Assembly: GCA_028023455.1 (NCBI GenBank)
Contig: JAQFVV010000001.1
Span: forward strand, 14,260,001 to 14,324,000
From: Epiperipatus broadwayi
Taxonomy: Eukaryota; Animalia; Onychophora
Direction of reading: 5' to 3'
Length of the DNA: 64,000 nucleotides
In this document: positions 40,707-53,400 of the stretch, piece after piece
How the letters are laid out: each line of letters begins with the position of its first letter
How positions within the stretch are numbered: position 1 is the stretch's first letter
Position numbers and translations under genes: made by a program
Notes under the pieces: generated by a model
Databases searched by the model: none
What the model was told of the DNA's origin: nothing
The model's input: the letters and a program-made list of their open reading frames with translations, nothing else

Positions 40707-42852
40707 TAACAACAATTCTGTAACTGAGAGTTTTGCTCATTATACAAAAAAAAAAAATAATCATTAGAAAAAAAAACAACTAATAAATTGTATAATTCTA
40801 TAACAAAAAATGAAATTGATATTCATTTGCTGACTTAAATAATAACAATTCAAATAAAAAAAAGAACTAATAAACCTATTTCTCAAATATTGTGGTAAAC
40901 CAAATGATTACTGGACATACACTTTTGCTAAAAGTTTGATAGTTTTTATTTTGATTATAGGAATGGCAGAAGATTACTATCAAACTGGCAGCCAAATAAT
41001 GTCAGCAAATCTTTTAACCAAACAGTAGTGCAAACTTAATAATGTGTGACAAAAGATGCAGATCCACTAATATGTAGCGATATTATGCATGTGTGATTTG
41101 ACATTACCAGTGATAGCTTTCAAAAAAATATTATAAGCATTGCATAACTTAATACCCACCAATGTAAGGATAATTTTTATTAAAATGAAAGTAAGCTACC
41201 ATTAAAGGAATTATCCACCATATCTTTATGAAACCAATTCTGATTAACATCACGATTCGTGAAGCAAATCTCTTGGTTTTAAATACAATAGTTTAAGTTA
41301 TATGACTTAAAATGCAATACTAATAACTATGTCAAATGTGTAAAATTGCTAAAATTAATCATTTTTACAATAATGGTTTGCACTCCAAATCATAGACAAA
41401 TATTAATTTCTAATTAATCTTTCAATCAAATAACAAGTAATTCATGCAAGCAAATTATCTATCTTCTGCTTAAAATAATATTCATTTATAAACATCTGAT
41501 AATCTATCCCTTGCTTTATAGGAGTTGAATCAAACTTAGTTAACATCAGCCTCAGAATGACATTGCATTTTCACAGACAATGTAAATGTTAATATAATAG
41601 TTGACCCCATAAACTATAATAATAAAAGAGTATTTCTAATATTATTTATAAATGTATTAACAAGAAACAATACTCAAAACTCTAATAATAACTACACATA
41701 ATTTAAATATATCAAGATTTTGATATTTGTGGTCTTAACTTCTATTATTGAACAATCCAATGAAATCAATTAAAGAATTCTCATTTAGAAACTAAGATCT
41801 TCCTTTTGACTTCTTCAACTTTTTTAATAGATCATAATTATGACCACATAATTATACATAAGCCAACATTTGTCCAGTTAGAGAAATTGGGTTATTTAAT
41901 GTAAAAATTTCAGTGAAACAACAAAGAATAAATATACTTAGCAATTTTATTTTGTACTCATTTTCTCATTAAAATCAAAGGTTCTGGCTGGTGTATTTTA
42001 TATTAACCATTGTAAAACTGTTGTATGCTCTTGGTGCAATTATTCTTTGTGGTGATTTTGATAGTTCTTATGATGTATTTCACTTTCCAATCATTTTATT
42101 CATTATACCCTTTTGATGCAGTTATCTTTTTTTGGTCTTCTTCCTATCAGCTTTTGTTTTTAAACCATTTATATCTTCTGTGTAACTTTCTCTAACAATG
42201 TATATATTATATTTAACTTACAAGAATTTAACAAGTCTATCCTAATCTATAATTTTCTACCAAACAAGATATTCTCAGTAACTAAGTTAATACTAGATAA
42301 CATACCTAAAATCATTATAATTCTTAATTGCTTATTTATGATGTCAAAGTTATCTTCAATAACAACTTGGCTTACAATTTAAAAATATTCTAAATAACAT
42401 CTATGTACATTGACCTAATAATTTTAATCCAATAAATTTAATTAAGTTATGGTTTAATAATACTAATGCTATTTTAAATTTTGAAACTGCAAGATTTTTA
42501 GTCTATAAATTAACTGAAGTTAACAATCAAAATAGTATGGCTTTAAAATTGCACAGAATTATCTTTCAAAACTTGTTAAAGCCACACTAAATTATAACTA
42601 GATCTTATATTTACCATGACTCAGTAATTCATCCATTACTTAAAAAAACAAATCTTGTCTGGGTCTGATATTGTTGATAAAGAAATCCTTGAATATCTCA
42701 AAGCTAAACTGGCTGTTATTAATTACCAACCTATTTCCACTCAGTTCCCTTATCTGATGAGTTTTTCTAACTATACCATATTTACACAGAAGAAAAATTC
42801 TCCATACAGTAGCGCTGCTCAGTACCCTATCTAGTGCCTACTCATCCAATAT

Positions 42853-42894
42853 CCCCAGATTAGTTTCTATAGTTTGTGGCTTTCATTAGTGAGG
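42853..42894 (-). ncRNA. Degenerate hammerhead ribozyme motif (F3, second copy)
   Basis: On -: CCTCA CTAATGA AAGCCACAAACTATA GAAA CTAA T C TGGGG. Combining it with 43780-43819 restores CTGATGA. Confidence 0.5.
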
Positions 42895-43779
42895 AGCCTT
42901 GATAGCACTGCACCTAGATCATGGGATCTAATGCAACCCTCCAGCAGCCACATTTTACCTTATTTAACTAACCATAAAGTTTTAAGTCCAAAATGAAAAT
43001 ACAATAATGTTTTCAATTCAAGCTCATTAAGCTTGTATTGCCATATAGATCTGATCTCAGTTTAGCATCCATTCTTATTGGTGTCTTTGGTTCTTTAATA
43101 ACCACAGTCACCATAATCCTATTGGGCAGGGTTGGTATTAAACCACTAAACATCACAAGATCACCATTCTTTATGCTTATACAAACTGTTTACACAGAAG
43201 CAAAACTCTCCATACAGTAGCATCACCCAATGCAAGCCAGAGTAATCAATAGAAGCAGGAAGGTTTTAATTAATGCTATTTCACATTTTGAAGTGGCAAT
43301 ATTTTTAGTCTATAAATTAACAGAAATTAATAATCAAAACAGTACAGTTTTAAAATTGAAGAGAATTATCTTTCAAAACTTGTTAAAGCTGGATTAAATT
43401 ATAACTTACAAATTATAATTATTACTCTGGCTTGCACTGAGTGGCGGTACTATATGGAGAGTTTTACCTCTGTGTAAATAGCTTGTGTAAGCATAAAGAA
43501 TGATGATCCTGTGATGTTTAGTAGTTTAATACCAATCCTGCCCAATAGGATTATAGTGACTGTGGTTATTAAACAAATAAAGATAGCAAAAAGTATGGAT
43601 GCTTAACTGAGTTCAGATCTATATGACTATAGAAACTATAAAAGCTTAAATTAAAAATATTATTATGTTTTCATTTTGATCTAGAAGCTTTATAGTTAGC
43701 TAATAAGGTAAAAGGTGGCTGCTGGAGGGGGTTGCATTATATCATAACATCTAGGTGCAGTGCTCTCAGATCCAAAGCT

Positions 43780-43819
43780 CCTCATTGATAAAAGCCACAG
43801 GCTAGAAACTAGTCTGGGG
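43780..43819 (+). ncRNA. Degenerate hammerhead ribozyme motif (F3)
   Basis: CCTCA TTGATAA A AGCC aca GGCT A GAAA CTAG T C TGGGG. GUC triplet and palindromic stem III; two core substitutions. Confidence 0.6.
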
Positions 43820-45984
43820 ATATTGGATAAGTAGGCATTAGATAAGGATTTTATGCACAAACCTTCCTGCATCCATTGAATATTCTGGCTTGCACTTAGA
43901 GCCGCTACTGTATGGAGAGTTTTGCCTCTGTGTAAACAGCTTGTGTAAGCATAAAGAATGGTGATCATGTGATGTTTAGTGGTTTATATCATAGTAAAAT
44001 TTTTCATTTAAACGAGCAATTATCAAAATCCAATTAGACTTTATAAAACTTTAGATGATGTTTTTATTTTTACACCCAAAAGATCTTTTAGTAATTTTCA
44101 ATAGGCAATTTAAGAATTATCGTACTGAAAAATATTATTACGAACATTTATGTATTTATTATTCATAGCAATTTCAGTTAATTCTATCAAAGTTATTTAT
44201 TAAAACAGGCAAAACTCACTATACATATTGCCAACAATTATACAACAGCTATACACAAGCATAAGAGGTGGTGGTCATGTGATGTTTAGTGGCTTAAAGT
44301 TATTTATCTCATATTATCAAAAGTCATTCTGCCCCCCAAACCGTTTTATTAATACATGAATGAAGTTTTTATTTTTATTAAAAAGACTAAGTGCACAGAC
44401 TTTGCTGTTTGTCAGATAGACTTCAAGATCACTTTTAATCTTGTGAACTAGAACCATTTGTTCTCTAAAATTCTTGCCACAGTGAAATCTGTTCACAACT
44501 ATCTTATTAATAAAGCTATTAAATTAAAGAACTATATGCATCTCTCTGACTCATTTACACCCAGTAGAGTTATTCTCAAGATTTCACTTCTTGCATTAAG
44601 GTTATTTGCAATTTATTTGGATCCATTGATTAAACAAAGGGAAGAAATCACAGATGGTCTTTTCTATCTCACTGTGGTTTCACAGCTCATTAACTTTTTG
44701 CTAGTGATCTCTTAATCGTTAGAGTTGTCATATACACATTCCATTTGCTTTTAACTCTTACAAAATCTTCATCATCCAACTTCAGTGCTATTCCATTAAT
44801 ATTTCTGACTACTCGGCACAATCTCTCAAAAGTTATATTGTCATTATTTCAAATCATTAATGCCAATCTTAGTAGTCTGAATGCTTATTATTGATCTTAG
44901 ATATATTTAATGAATATTACAATGGATGTTAAACTCATCAAATCAGATATCTGAGATTCTTCATCTCATCAATTCCATCACTATAACTCAATATCCCAAC
45001 TTGTAAAAATGGTTATCTTTATCAAACAATTTTTATTCTCCACGAATATACTATGATATTAATGAATTGTTCCTTTAATGCATTATATATATAATAAAGT
45101 AAATTTCTTTTCATAGTTTTCTTTCAATTTATGATGATCTTATTGATTAGATAAATATTAGTTTGTTTGTAGATTACTCTTATATTGGTATAAAAAAAAT
45201 CATTTACCACACATATAGAAAATTTCTGAATGTCATTTCCTATTGCTAAAATTTTATCCAGATATCAAAATCTTTGTGTGTCACAATCTTCAATAAAATT
45301 CTTATTCAATCTCCCTCAAAGTACTGTCTTACTAAACAATATCTCATCTTTAGATTTATGTTTAATTTTATTTCTACAATGTTTTTTGCAATAAATGTCC
45401 AGAAGATATATTCCATTATTTCAGTCAAGTACATATTTTGCACAATATGGCATAAAGGATCTTTACTAGTTGTGTAACTTCTTAAGCTGAATATATTGTA
45501 ATCTCTCCTCTGTTTTCATTCACTTAATATATTGTATGATAGTTTATAAATGAAAAATTAGGAATATATTGTATTTTAACTATGCTGATCGAATCGCTTC
45601 AAGGATTAATTTCTCACTGCAAATATTTTATTTTTCAATACAGTAATAATAATAATAGAAATCTTCAAATAACAACCTCTTCAATAGATTTTTTTTCTTG
45701 ACAAAGTCATCACTATAATTTTAATTGAACTATAATCCAAGCTACTTTTTATATTAGTCAAGAATCAGATTAATACTGAATTTAATCTATCTCTCAATTT
45801 TGAATTATAATAAAAATGTTTTTACTTCTCTGGAAACCCTTGCAGTTGCAATTTTAATAAAATGTCTGTTTTACTCAACTGCTTATTATAAGTAAAATTG
45901 GTTTTATTCTCTATATGTTTACACACATAATATTGCATAAAAATTACATGATTTTAAATTGTTTTTGTAAAGTGATAGTCTTAC

Positions 45985-46092
45985 TTGAGCTCGAGAAACA
46001 TCTGAACATGCTCCACATACTAATTCTGCAGGATCATAATCATCTCCTCCTCCAGCTTCTACATCACACCTGGCCTCACCACCATAGTATGC
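45985..46092 (-). CDS. MYCBP2: MYCBP2/highwire exon with mediator loop (upstream relay Cys)
   Basis: On -: ttgaag| acceptor, |gtaag donor. Reads AYYGGEARCDVEAGGGDDYDPAELVCGACSDVSRAQ (108 nt). Confidence 0.96.
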
Positions 46093-46658
46093 CTTCAAAA
46101 AAAAAAATAGTAAATTAAAGTTTAATCTTAACATACATTTATATTTTCAGAATAAAGAAATATTAAAAATGAGTTTAATTATTAATATCGAGAATAAAGT
46201 GAAATAAAAATTAAATTAAATGATTATATATTTAAAATGCTAATAATAAAACTAATAAGCTTAGGTTGAAAATAAACTCTGAAATAAATTTTTAAAAAAT
46301 TGCCAATTAATGAAATAGTATTTATAATTTTTCTGTAAGATTTCATAGAAATCTCTTTTTAATTTTGTTTATTATTTATGAATATCTAAAATAAAAATAA
46401 GGCAGTAAAGCGATCTTTAATTTAAACTGTCCACTGCTGAATAGACCTTTCTAACATATTCTCATATAGAAATAGTAATAGAGTAAGCAATCTCACTAGG
46501 TTTGTTAGCTCCCAGATATATGGTTTTGAGTAGTTTTCAATTTTGTTTTATTTATAACTAAGAATATCTAAATATCCATTCACTGACTAATATTGGATGA
46601 TTAAGTGAACTAGTCAATTATCTGAAAGAGAAATTGCAAACCTGGTAATAAAAATTTT

Positions 46659-46726
46659 CAAGCCTACATTCGAATCCAGATCATATGCATGGTAGGTGGA
46701 TTCACGACCATTGACCACAAGGCTCT
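46659..46726 (-). mobile_element. tRNA-derived SINE head relic
   Basis: On -: tgtggtcaatggtc (A-box-like) ... ggattcgaat (B-box-like). Confidence 0.4.
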
Positions 46727-49700
46727 AAATAGTTCAAATAGTGAGCATTAAATAAGGTATTAAGATAAATGAAATATATGTATATAAAAACTAATTGTCA
46801 TCATTCCATTTAATATTAAATCAATCAAAGTTTAGATAAAATAAAAGTCCATAAAAAAATTTACAGAGTTAAAAAGTCTTATTTGTTAATGTTTATTGAT
46901 ATTTATTATGTCTTTGTAATCAACATATAATTAACAATTTTGGCTGTTCAGTAAGTTTTAGTTACATATAATGCAACCACTTCAGATTCTCTCATTAACA
47001 GTTTTTTTTCAAATACTGTTCAGTAAGTTTTGTAAATTTTACAAATATTGATTAAAAGTTGTATTACAAAACTAGATTTTCTTTATTGCCAATTTCATAG
47101 TTTCAATTATTCACTTTTTTTTTCGTTTGTTTGTTTATTAAAATTTCATAATATAGCTTGAATTTGAAAACCACAAGATCAGAAAACAATAGTAGACTAA
47201 GAACTGAACCACTTTACAGGTATGACCCTTCTCTGAACTGTGATAAAGGTTGCATCATATATTACAATTATATATTTTGTTTTTAGTGACAATACATTGA
47301 TTCTCATCTATCTGATATTAATAAGGAATTTTTATTTTCCAGATAATGAAAAGCTAGACATCCATAAGCCATCAATACAAATGGCAAGTTAGTTGGATAT
47401 AAATAAACTAGCTATTTGAAAGAAAAATTTCCAAGGAACAAATCCCCAACCGATCCTTTTCAAAAATCAATTTTTTTTTCTTTCTTAATATTAATATTTT
47501 TATTCATTTCACTATATCTTTGTTAGCTGTAATTAATTAGTTTTAAACTATTTATTGAAATACAAAGATATTTCAAAAATAACACTGCCAGACATATACA
47601 ATTAATGAGTAAATAAGATGTCAATATATAAGGGCATTAGCTATGTATAATGTCTCATCCCATCCTATATTTTTTAATATCCAAGCTAGAAAAATAAAAT
47701 ATACTAATGAGATATATATATATAAACAATCCATATATATATAGAACACCTCCCTAAAATAATATAAAAAAATGCTTAGGATGATCCAGTACATAAAATA
47801 GATAAATCATCAAAATTTAAGATCAATCATATGTGACTTATAACAGATATAATGATAAGCAAAGTTTGAAAAAGTGAATGCAGTAGAAATGTTGGTGTCC
47901 TTATGACAGTCAATATGGTTAAAAACTGAAGATGCTTAAGAGACTTCTTTCCTATCAGCAGTTATACATAACCTAGATATATATATATAGCTGTTGGGTT
48001 TGAGTATCAAATTTCAACCTTTGCACATCAGTTAGATGTATTTGTTGATTATGATTGCAAAAAGGCATCAATAATTATTGCAGATCAGCTAGATATGATC
48101 AATATATTCATTCCTAGACAATGTTAGACACAAATTCTTACAAAGAGTATTAGAAAGGCAGTAGCAATATTGATGAACATCTCTGTCATGAAACTGAAAA
48201 TTGTTAAAGCAGTATGAGCTTTTGTTAGAAATTATGAGGACTCTCATCAAATCCATGGTAACAGGAATTGTATCATGTCACTGATTTTCCTAGGTAGATA
48301 GTTATTAAATTCATGATTTGATTCCAAAGCTGATTATTTTGTTATATAAGAATGGTAAATAGCCACTTGTCCAAGTAGAAAGAGAAAAATTGCTGACTGC
48401 CTGAAAATATAACCTAGATCTGATGAATCTGACTTTGCTATTTTGAAAGAATCTACTCAAAATGAAGGAAAAAAGCCTGAACCTCAAATGATTTCAAGGA
48501 CAGGAAACTGATAAAGGACAATATAATAGCTTATAAAGAAAGAAATGGCATCAATTAATGCATGCTATCGACAGAAATATTAGCTTGGATAAAAATCCTC
48601 ACAATGGATAGAAAAGAGAATACTGACTACAAAACCTTATGTTATGTAAGTAAAAAAAAACTTTATCGATTAGAGTGATATTAACAATTTCAAATTTTAT
48701 TTTATGGCCTCTTAGAATACATTAATTCTATTGAACTATATTTTATTATATATATTGTACCCTTATAATTAGAGATAGATAAGGGAGGGTTTGAAATGTA
48801 GCTATTTAAAAAAAAATTTACATTTAGGTGATTTTTAATATATAATTATGATGTCATAGGTAGTATGAGTTTAAACTCAGTAAATAGAAGTCTATAAAGA
48901 TGTTTAAATAGTTTAGTCATTTTAATATAAATTAAAATAATATAATATATTGTTTAAAAGATAGTATTAATTTTATTTATTACATTCAAAAGATACTATA
49001 ATAATATAATAGTTTAATTATAGTAATAAATATTTTATATAATATGTTTAAAGTAATTATTTTGTTTAAAATATTTAAATGGTAGTTAATTTAATATTAG
49101 TTTAGAATATTCTGAATCACATAACTTAAGGATGGTTATGTTAATGTATGAGCTTTCAAGAGTTAGGAAAGAAAACTTTGATTTTTAGCTGGTTAATAAA
49201 ATTTGATACATAATAAAATAAAAGAATTAGAGATAAAGATAATGTTTTAAAAGTAATGTTTAAAATTATTATGTTGCTTAAATGTAATATTTTGCTTTAA
49301 AATCAATTTTAGGGTCATTAAAATGTTTAAATTGTTTTAACAAAGATATTTAATTTTTTAGATAAAAATATTTAATATTTAAAATATTGAATAATGTGAT
49401 ATTTAATAAATAATGACTCAGTTTTAAAAATGTAATTTTAGAAAATGAAATTGATTTAGTTGTGTAAATTAGCCGGTTTTTGCAAGCAGAATTAACCAAT
49501 GAAATAACTATATTAGACCAGTATAAAAACAGAGGTTCAATCCAGTCTGGACACACAGTACAGTGAAGTAAAAGTACAGTTTAATTTGAAATTTATAACT
49601 AATTTTTTTTATTATAATAGTAGTAATTTTTTTAAATTATTATTTTCTCTTAAAAGTGTTTAAAAAGTATAAATTTCATAACTATTTAAAATTATGACAG

Positions 49701-50410
49701 AATAAAATACAAAAAGTTCTCTGTCACGAGAATTCTGCTTGAAACTTAATCTAAAGCTACAATAATTTTATGGAACATGATAATAGTCATTGGAATACTG
49801 GGATAATGTACACCAAATGCCAAAGAATATCCTACAGCAAGAACAGAGATTTATGTAAGGAATTTAAATTTTTTATAAATAACATGCTTAGAATGAATGA
49901 ACATTTAATTTCAATAACCTTGTCCAATTATAATGCAATTCATTTATCAAGGAAGCTTAAGTTAATAAAGAGGAAATGAACATTTTATTAAAAAAATCAT
50001 ATTAAGTTTGAGAAAAGGAATAGAAAAGTTAATATTCTGCATTTAAGTTACAAAACTAGATTTAAAATATTTTTCTTTCTGACGTGTTTGAGTAACTTTT
50101 GTTATATGAATGCTAATAACACATTTTACATTTATCTTTAAACCTAAATAGATTTTTATGTTTGAGAACGATGTATTGGAAGAAAATGGGAAAAAATGAC
50201 TGTTGAATGTTTTATACTTTTAAAAGGATTTATTATTGATGAACTCAATAAAGAAACTATATACTTTGAAATGATTTTATGTGGAATAAATGAACTATAG
50301 GATGTCTGTTTAAAAGATTGATATTATTTCAGTTAATTAATGTCTTTGATGGTATAGCTGTCATTTTACTTGAAAAATCTCTAGTTGAAATTTTTAAGGA
50401 TAAAAGGGTA

Positions 50411-53400
50411 CTAGTCTATTAGCTGGAATCAGCCACTTGATGGCATTGTTGCTATGAAAAAACACAGAAATATAACATTACTAGGCCGGCCATATTTTTT
50501 ACTTTTGGTGTACACCAATTAATTAAATAATTCTGTCCGATTTGTGGATTGTTTACATATACTCAGTTATAAAGTAAAATGTTAAATTAAAGTAAGTTGT
50601 GTAAACATTGTTGTATAGGTATAAGAGCACCTACATATATATGAGAATAAGACTGCGATGTAATAAATTTTATAAGCATTGCAATACTATTTAAATTATT
50701 TATCTTTAAGATATTTTATATTTAAGTACAAGTTTACTCTTATTCACATATATAACAAGATGTTTATAAGACTTAAAATCTCTTTTAAAAGATCGCCTGA
50801 TTCTTGGAAATTAACTTACATCATACACACCTGGTTTAATTTGTGTGAGAACCAAGGACAGAGTTTTAAAAATAAATTCTAAAGTAGATTTTAAGACAAA
50901 AGAGAAGCAGTTAAGCTGCAATATTTTCTGAATAAATTAATTTTACTGTAGTCTTTAAAGTAAGTGTAATGGTCAGATTCGTCTACCTCGCTAACACACT
51001 GTAGAATTTAAACCCAGACACTAAACTCAACACTAGGAAGGGCTGCTTCCCGGAAATCCTAAGTTTGAATCCAAAGTCTACACTTCACAGCGCCACCTAT
51101 GTGATAACGCATCTGATGCTACTAATAATATAACCTTTTAACCGGTGCCGGTGGTCAGGGAGAAACAAAGAGACTCTATACTATGATATAAGCTTGGGTT
51201 TGCTAACTAAACGTCCATGGATGGCACAAAAGTGATGTATAAAAGATATAGACCAAGACAGTGATATAGATCAAGAAAGTAAATAAAGAATCAAAATTTA
51301 GTAAATTTAAAAGATTTATTAAACGATCAATTATATACTGCACGGTCTGCATATGTAAGATAGCGACGTTTACTAACTAAGATTGTGTTTTAAAACAAAT
51401 GTCAATCAAAATTTATGTTATGGGTTGTTAATGAATTCTCTATACCTCGAGCTAATACAATAACATTACAATAATGTGCCTAAGAAAGTTTGCGAAGATA
51501 TGCGAGGTGCTTTAAGTAAATATCAGAAATAATTGAATAAAAGGGTTTGGCGACAGTAAAGTTTCAATATAACATTTCTTGAATTTGAGAATAGAATGGA
51601 CTAATGCTCGTTAAGCTATAAGGCGGGGATGTGATTAAGGCATGCATATTCATAAAAATAATTAAATTCATATTGGGAGGTCGGTGGTGCTAGTGAGGAA
51701 TTTCTGTAAAGGATGGAGGATGTGGTATGTTGAAACCACAGAGCTTTGCAAAATAAATAAATAAAATATGGGAAGGCGTCTTGTCCTAAATTCATAGGAA
51801 GTGGTGTCACATGCAGCCCAAGTCTGGACTCATCAAAGTACTTAGCGACTGTGTGACAACTGCGTAGAATTCCCAAGTGTGGCAATTCGAGTAGACACTC
51901 TGACTGGAAACCGCAGAAAGTGAAACGGTCTTAGCCGTTTAAAGCCCTTTGGAAGAACAAAGTGGCCCCAAACACCCGATACACTTACTAGCAACACTCG
52001 AATAAAGTATATAAAATATTTAAAAGGATTCATTTAGTTTGATAAAGCACCTAATCAATTACCCAAATATTTATTTTAAAAAAGTCCGCACATTCTCGAT
52101 CTCAAAATTATACACTTTGGAAATTAAGCAAAACAATAAAACATATTTAAAGTGGGAGAATGCATAATTGCGGGGTTTTAAAAGAAATATAAGTTAATTA
52201 TGCAATCATGCATTTGTTAAATATTTACTCATTGACCTCGCACATATTCTCATATTATATTAAAACCAATAAACATATGGATTTTAACTGCAAAATTATT
52301 AAATAATTGAATAATAGTAAGATAGACCTCGAACGAGCGATTTAACGAGATAATAAAATAGGACAGAATTTATAATTTGAAATGGGTTAATGATGGCGTC
52401 CTGATTTAAATTAAAAAAAGGGAGTAATTCACTTGGTCGATGGTTGTGCTGGCACACCATCATAAAATAAAAACAGATTAATAAATACAAAATATTAACC
52501 CAAATATAGAGATAGAGTACGCTAATTAAGTTACAGAATTTTAAGATAAAACAAATGGAATTAGCTATAGCTTAGAAGGAATATGATATCACAAGAGCTC
52601 TTGGGTTACCTCGTCAGAAGTAGGCATTTGAAAGCAATTTCAGGTGGAGACTTTTCCAGTTTGACGGTAGCAGCACTCGTAAGAATTTGGCAGCAAATTT
52701 CGGTTCACAGTTTTTTAGCAGCGGTGGCAGTTTTCAGGGCTTCTTAAGTGAAGGCATAACATGGTATGGTGTGCAGCGGCCAGCCATTTCCGAAAGGAAA
52801 ATAGCCCACTTGCCGGCTCTACTCGGTCATTTTAAGATTTCCGTTAAAGGCTGGGGTATGCAGTTCTCCGAGATTCTTAAACTCTCAGCAAATTTAAACT
52901 TTTCCAGAAAACACTTTAGACGCAATATACTTCAATACTTTAAAATCTACTGGAAGACGAAATCTCAAATTTAATAATCAAAACTTGCAGGCTACTTGCC
53001 TACTACCTTTACTTGTCTCTTAAAAGCAAACTATCAGCAGAACTAAGACTACAATAGAATAATAAACAAAAGAAAACCCCTCTACATATATCAGAGCTGT
53101 ACAATAAAACTTCCCTGGAGCGTTTCAAACATACCAAAAATTTGCTATCTTATCAAAGCTGCAATCAAACCCATCCGAACGTCCAAAGGAATTCAACAAA
53201 ATTTTAATTAATTTTCTATTGTTAACTACCTTGTAGACATTCGGATTAAAACTTTGATTTCAATAAAAAAAACTTTTGCTAATTAACATTTCCCTAAGTG
53301 GACATCTGCTGTATTTTTAGATAAACCACTAGAACATATTAATTAAACTATTGTTTTCTTATCAACCCTCATTTATTTTTAGATACAATTGATGGCGTGA

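Larger units (their letters stand above)
42780..43985. mobile_element. Family F3 inverted pair of ~410-460 bp wrap-around monomers
   Basis: 42780-43270 versus inverted 43420-43985. Each arm is slightly more than one monomer. A separate ~140-bp repeat sits at 42465 and 43273. Confidence 0.75.

Noticed and set aside
47800-48650. Possible Gypsy integrase relic
   Set aside because: Only vague similarity; no HHCC or DDE motif could be reconstructed.
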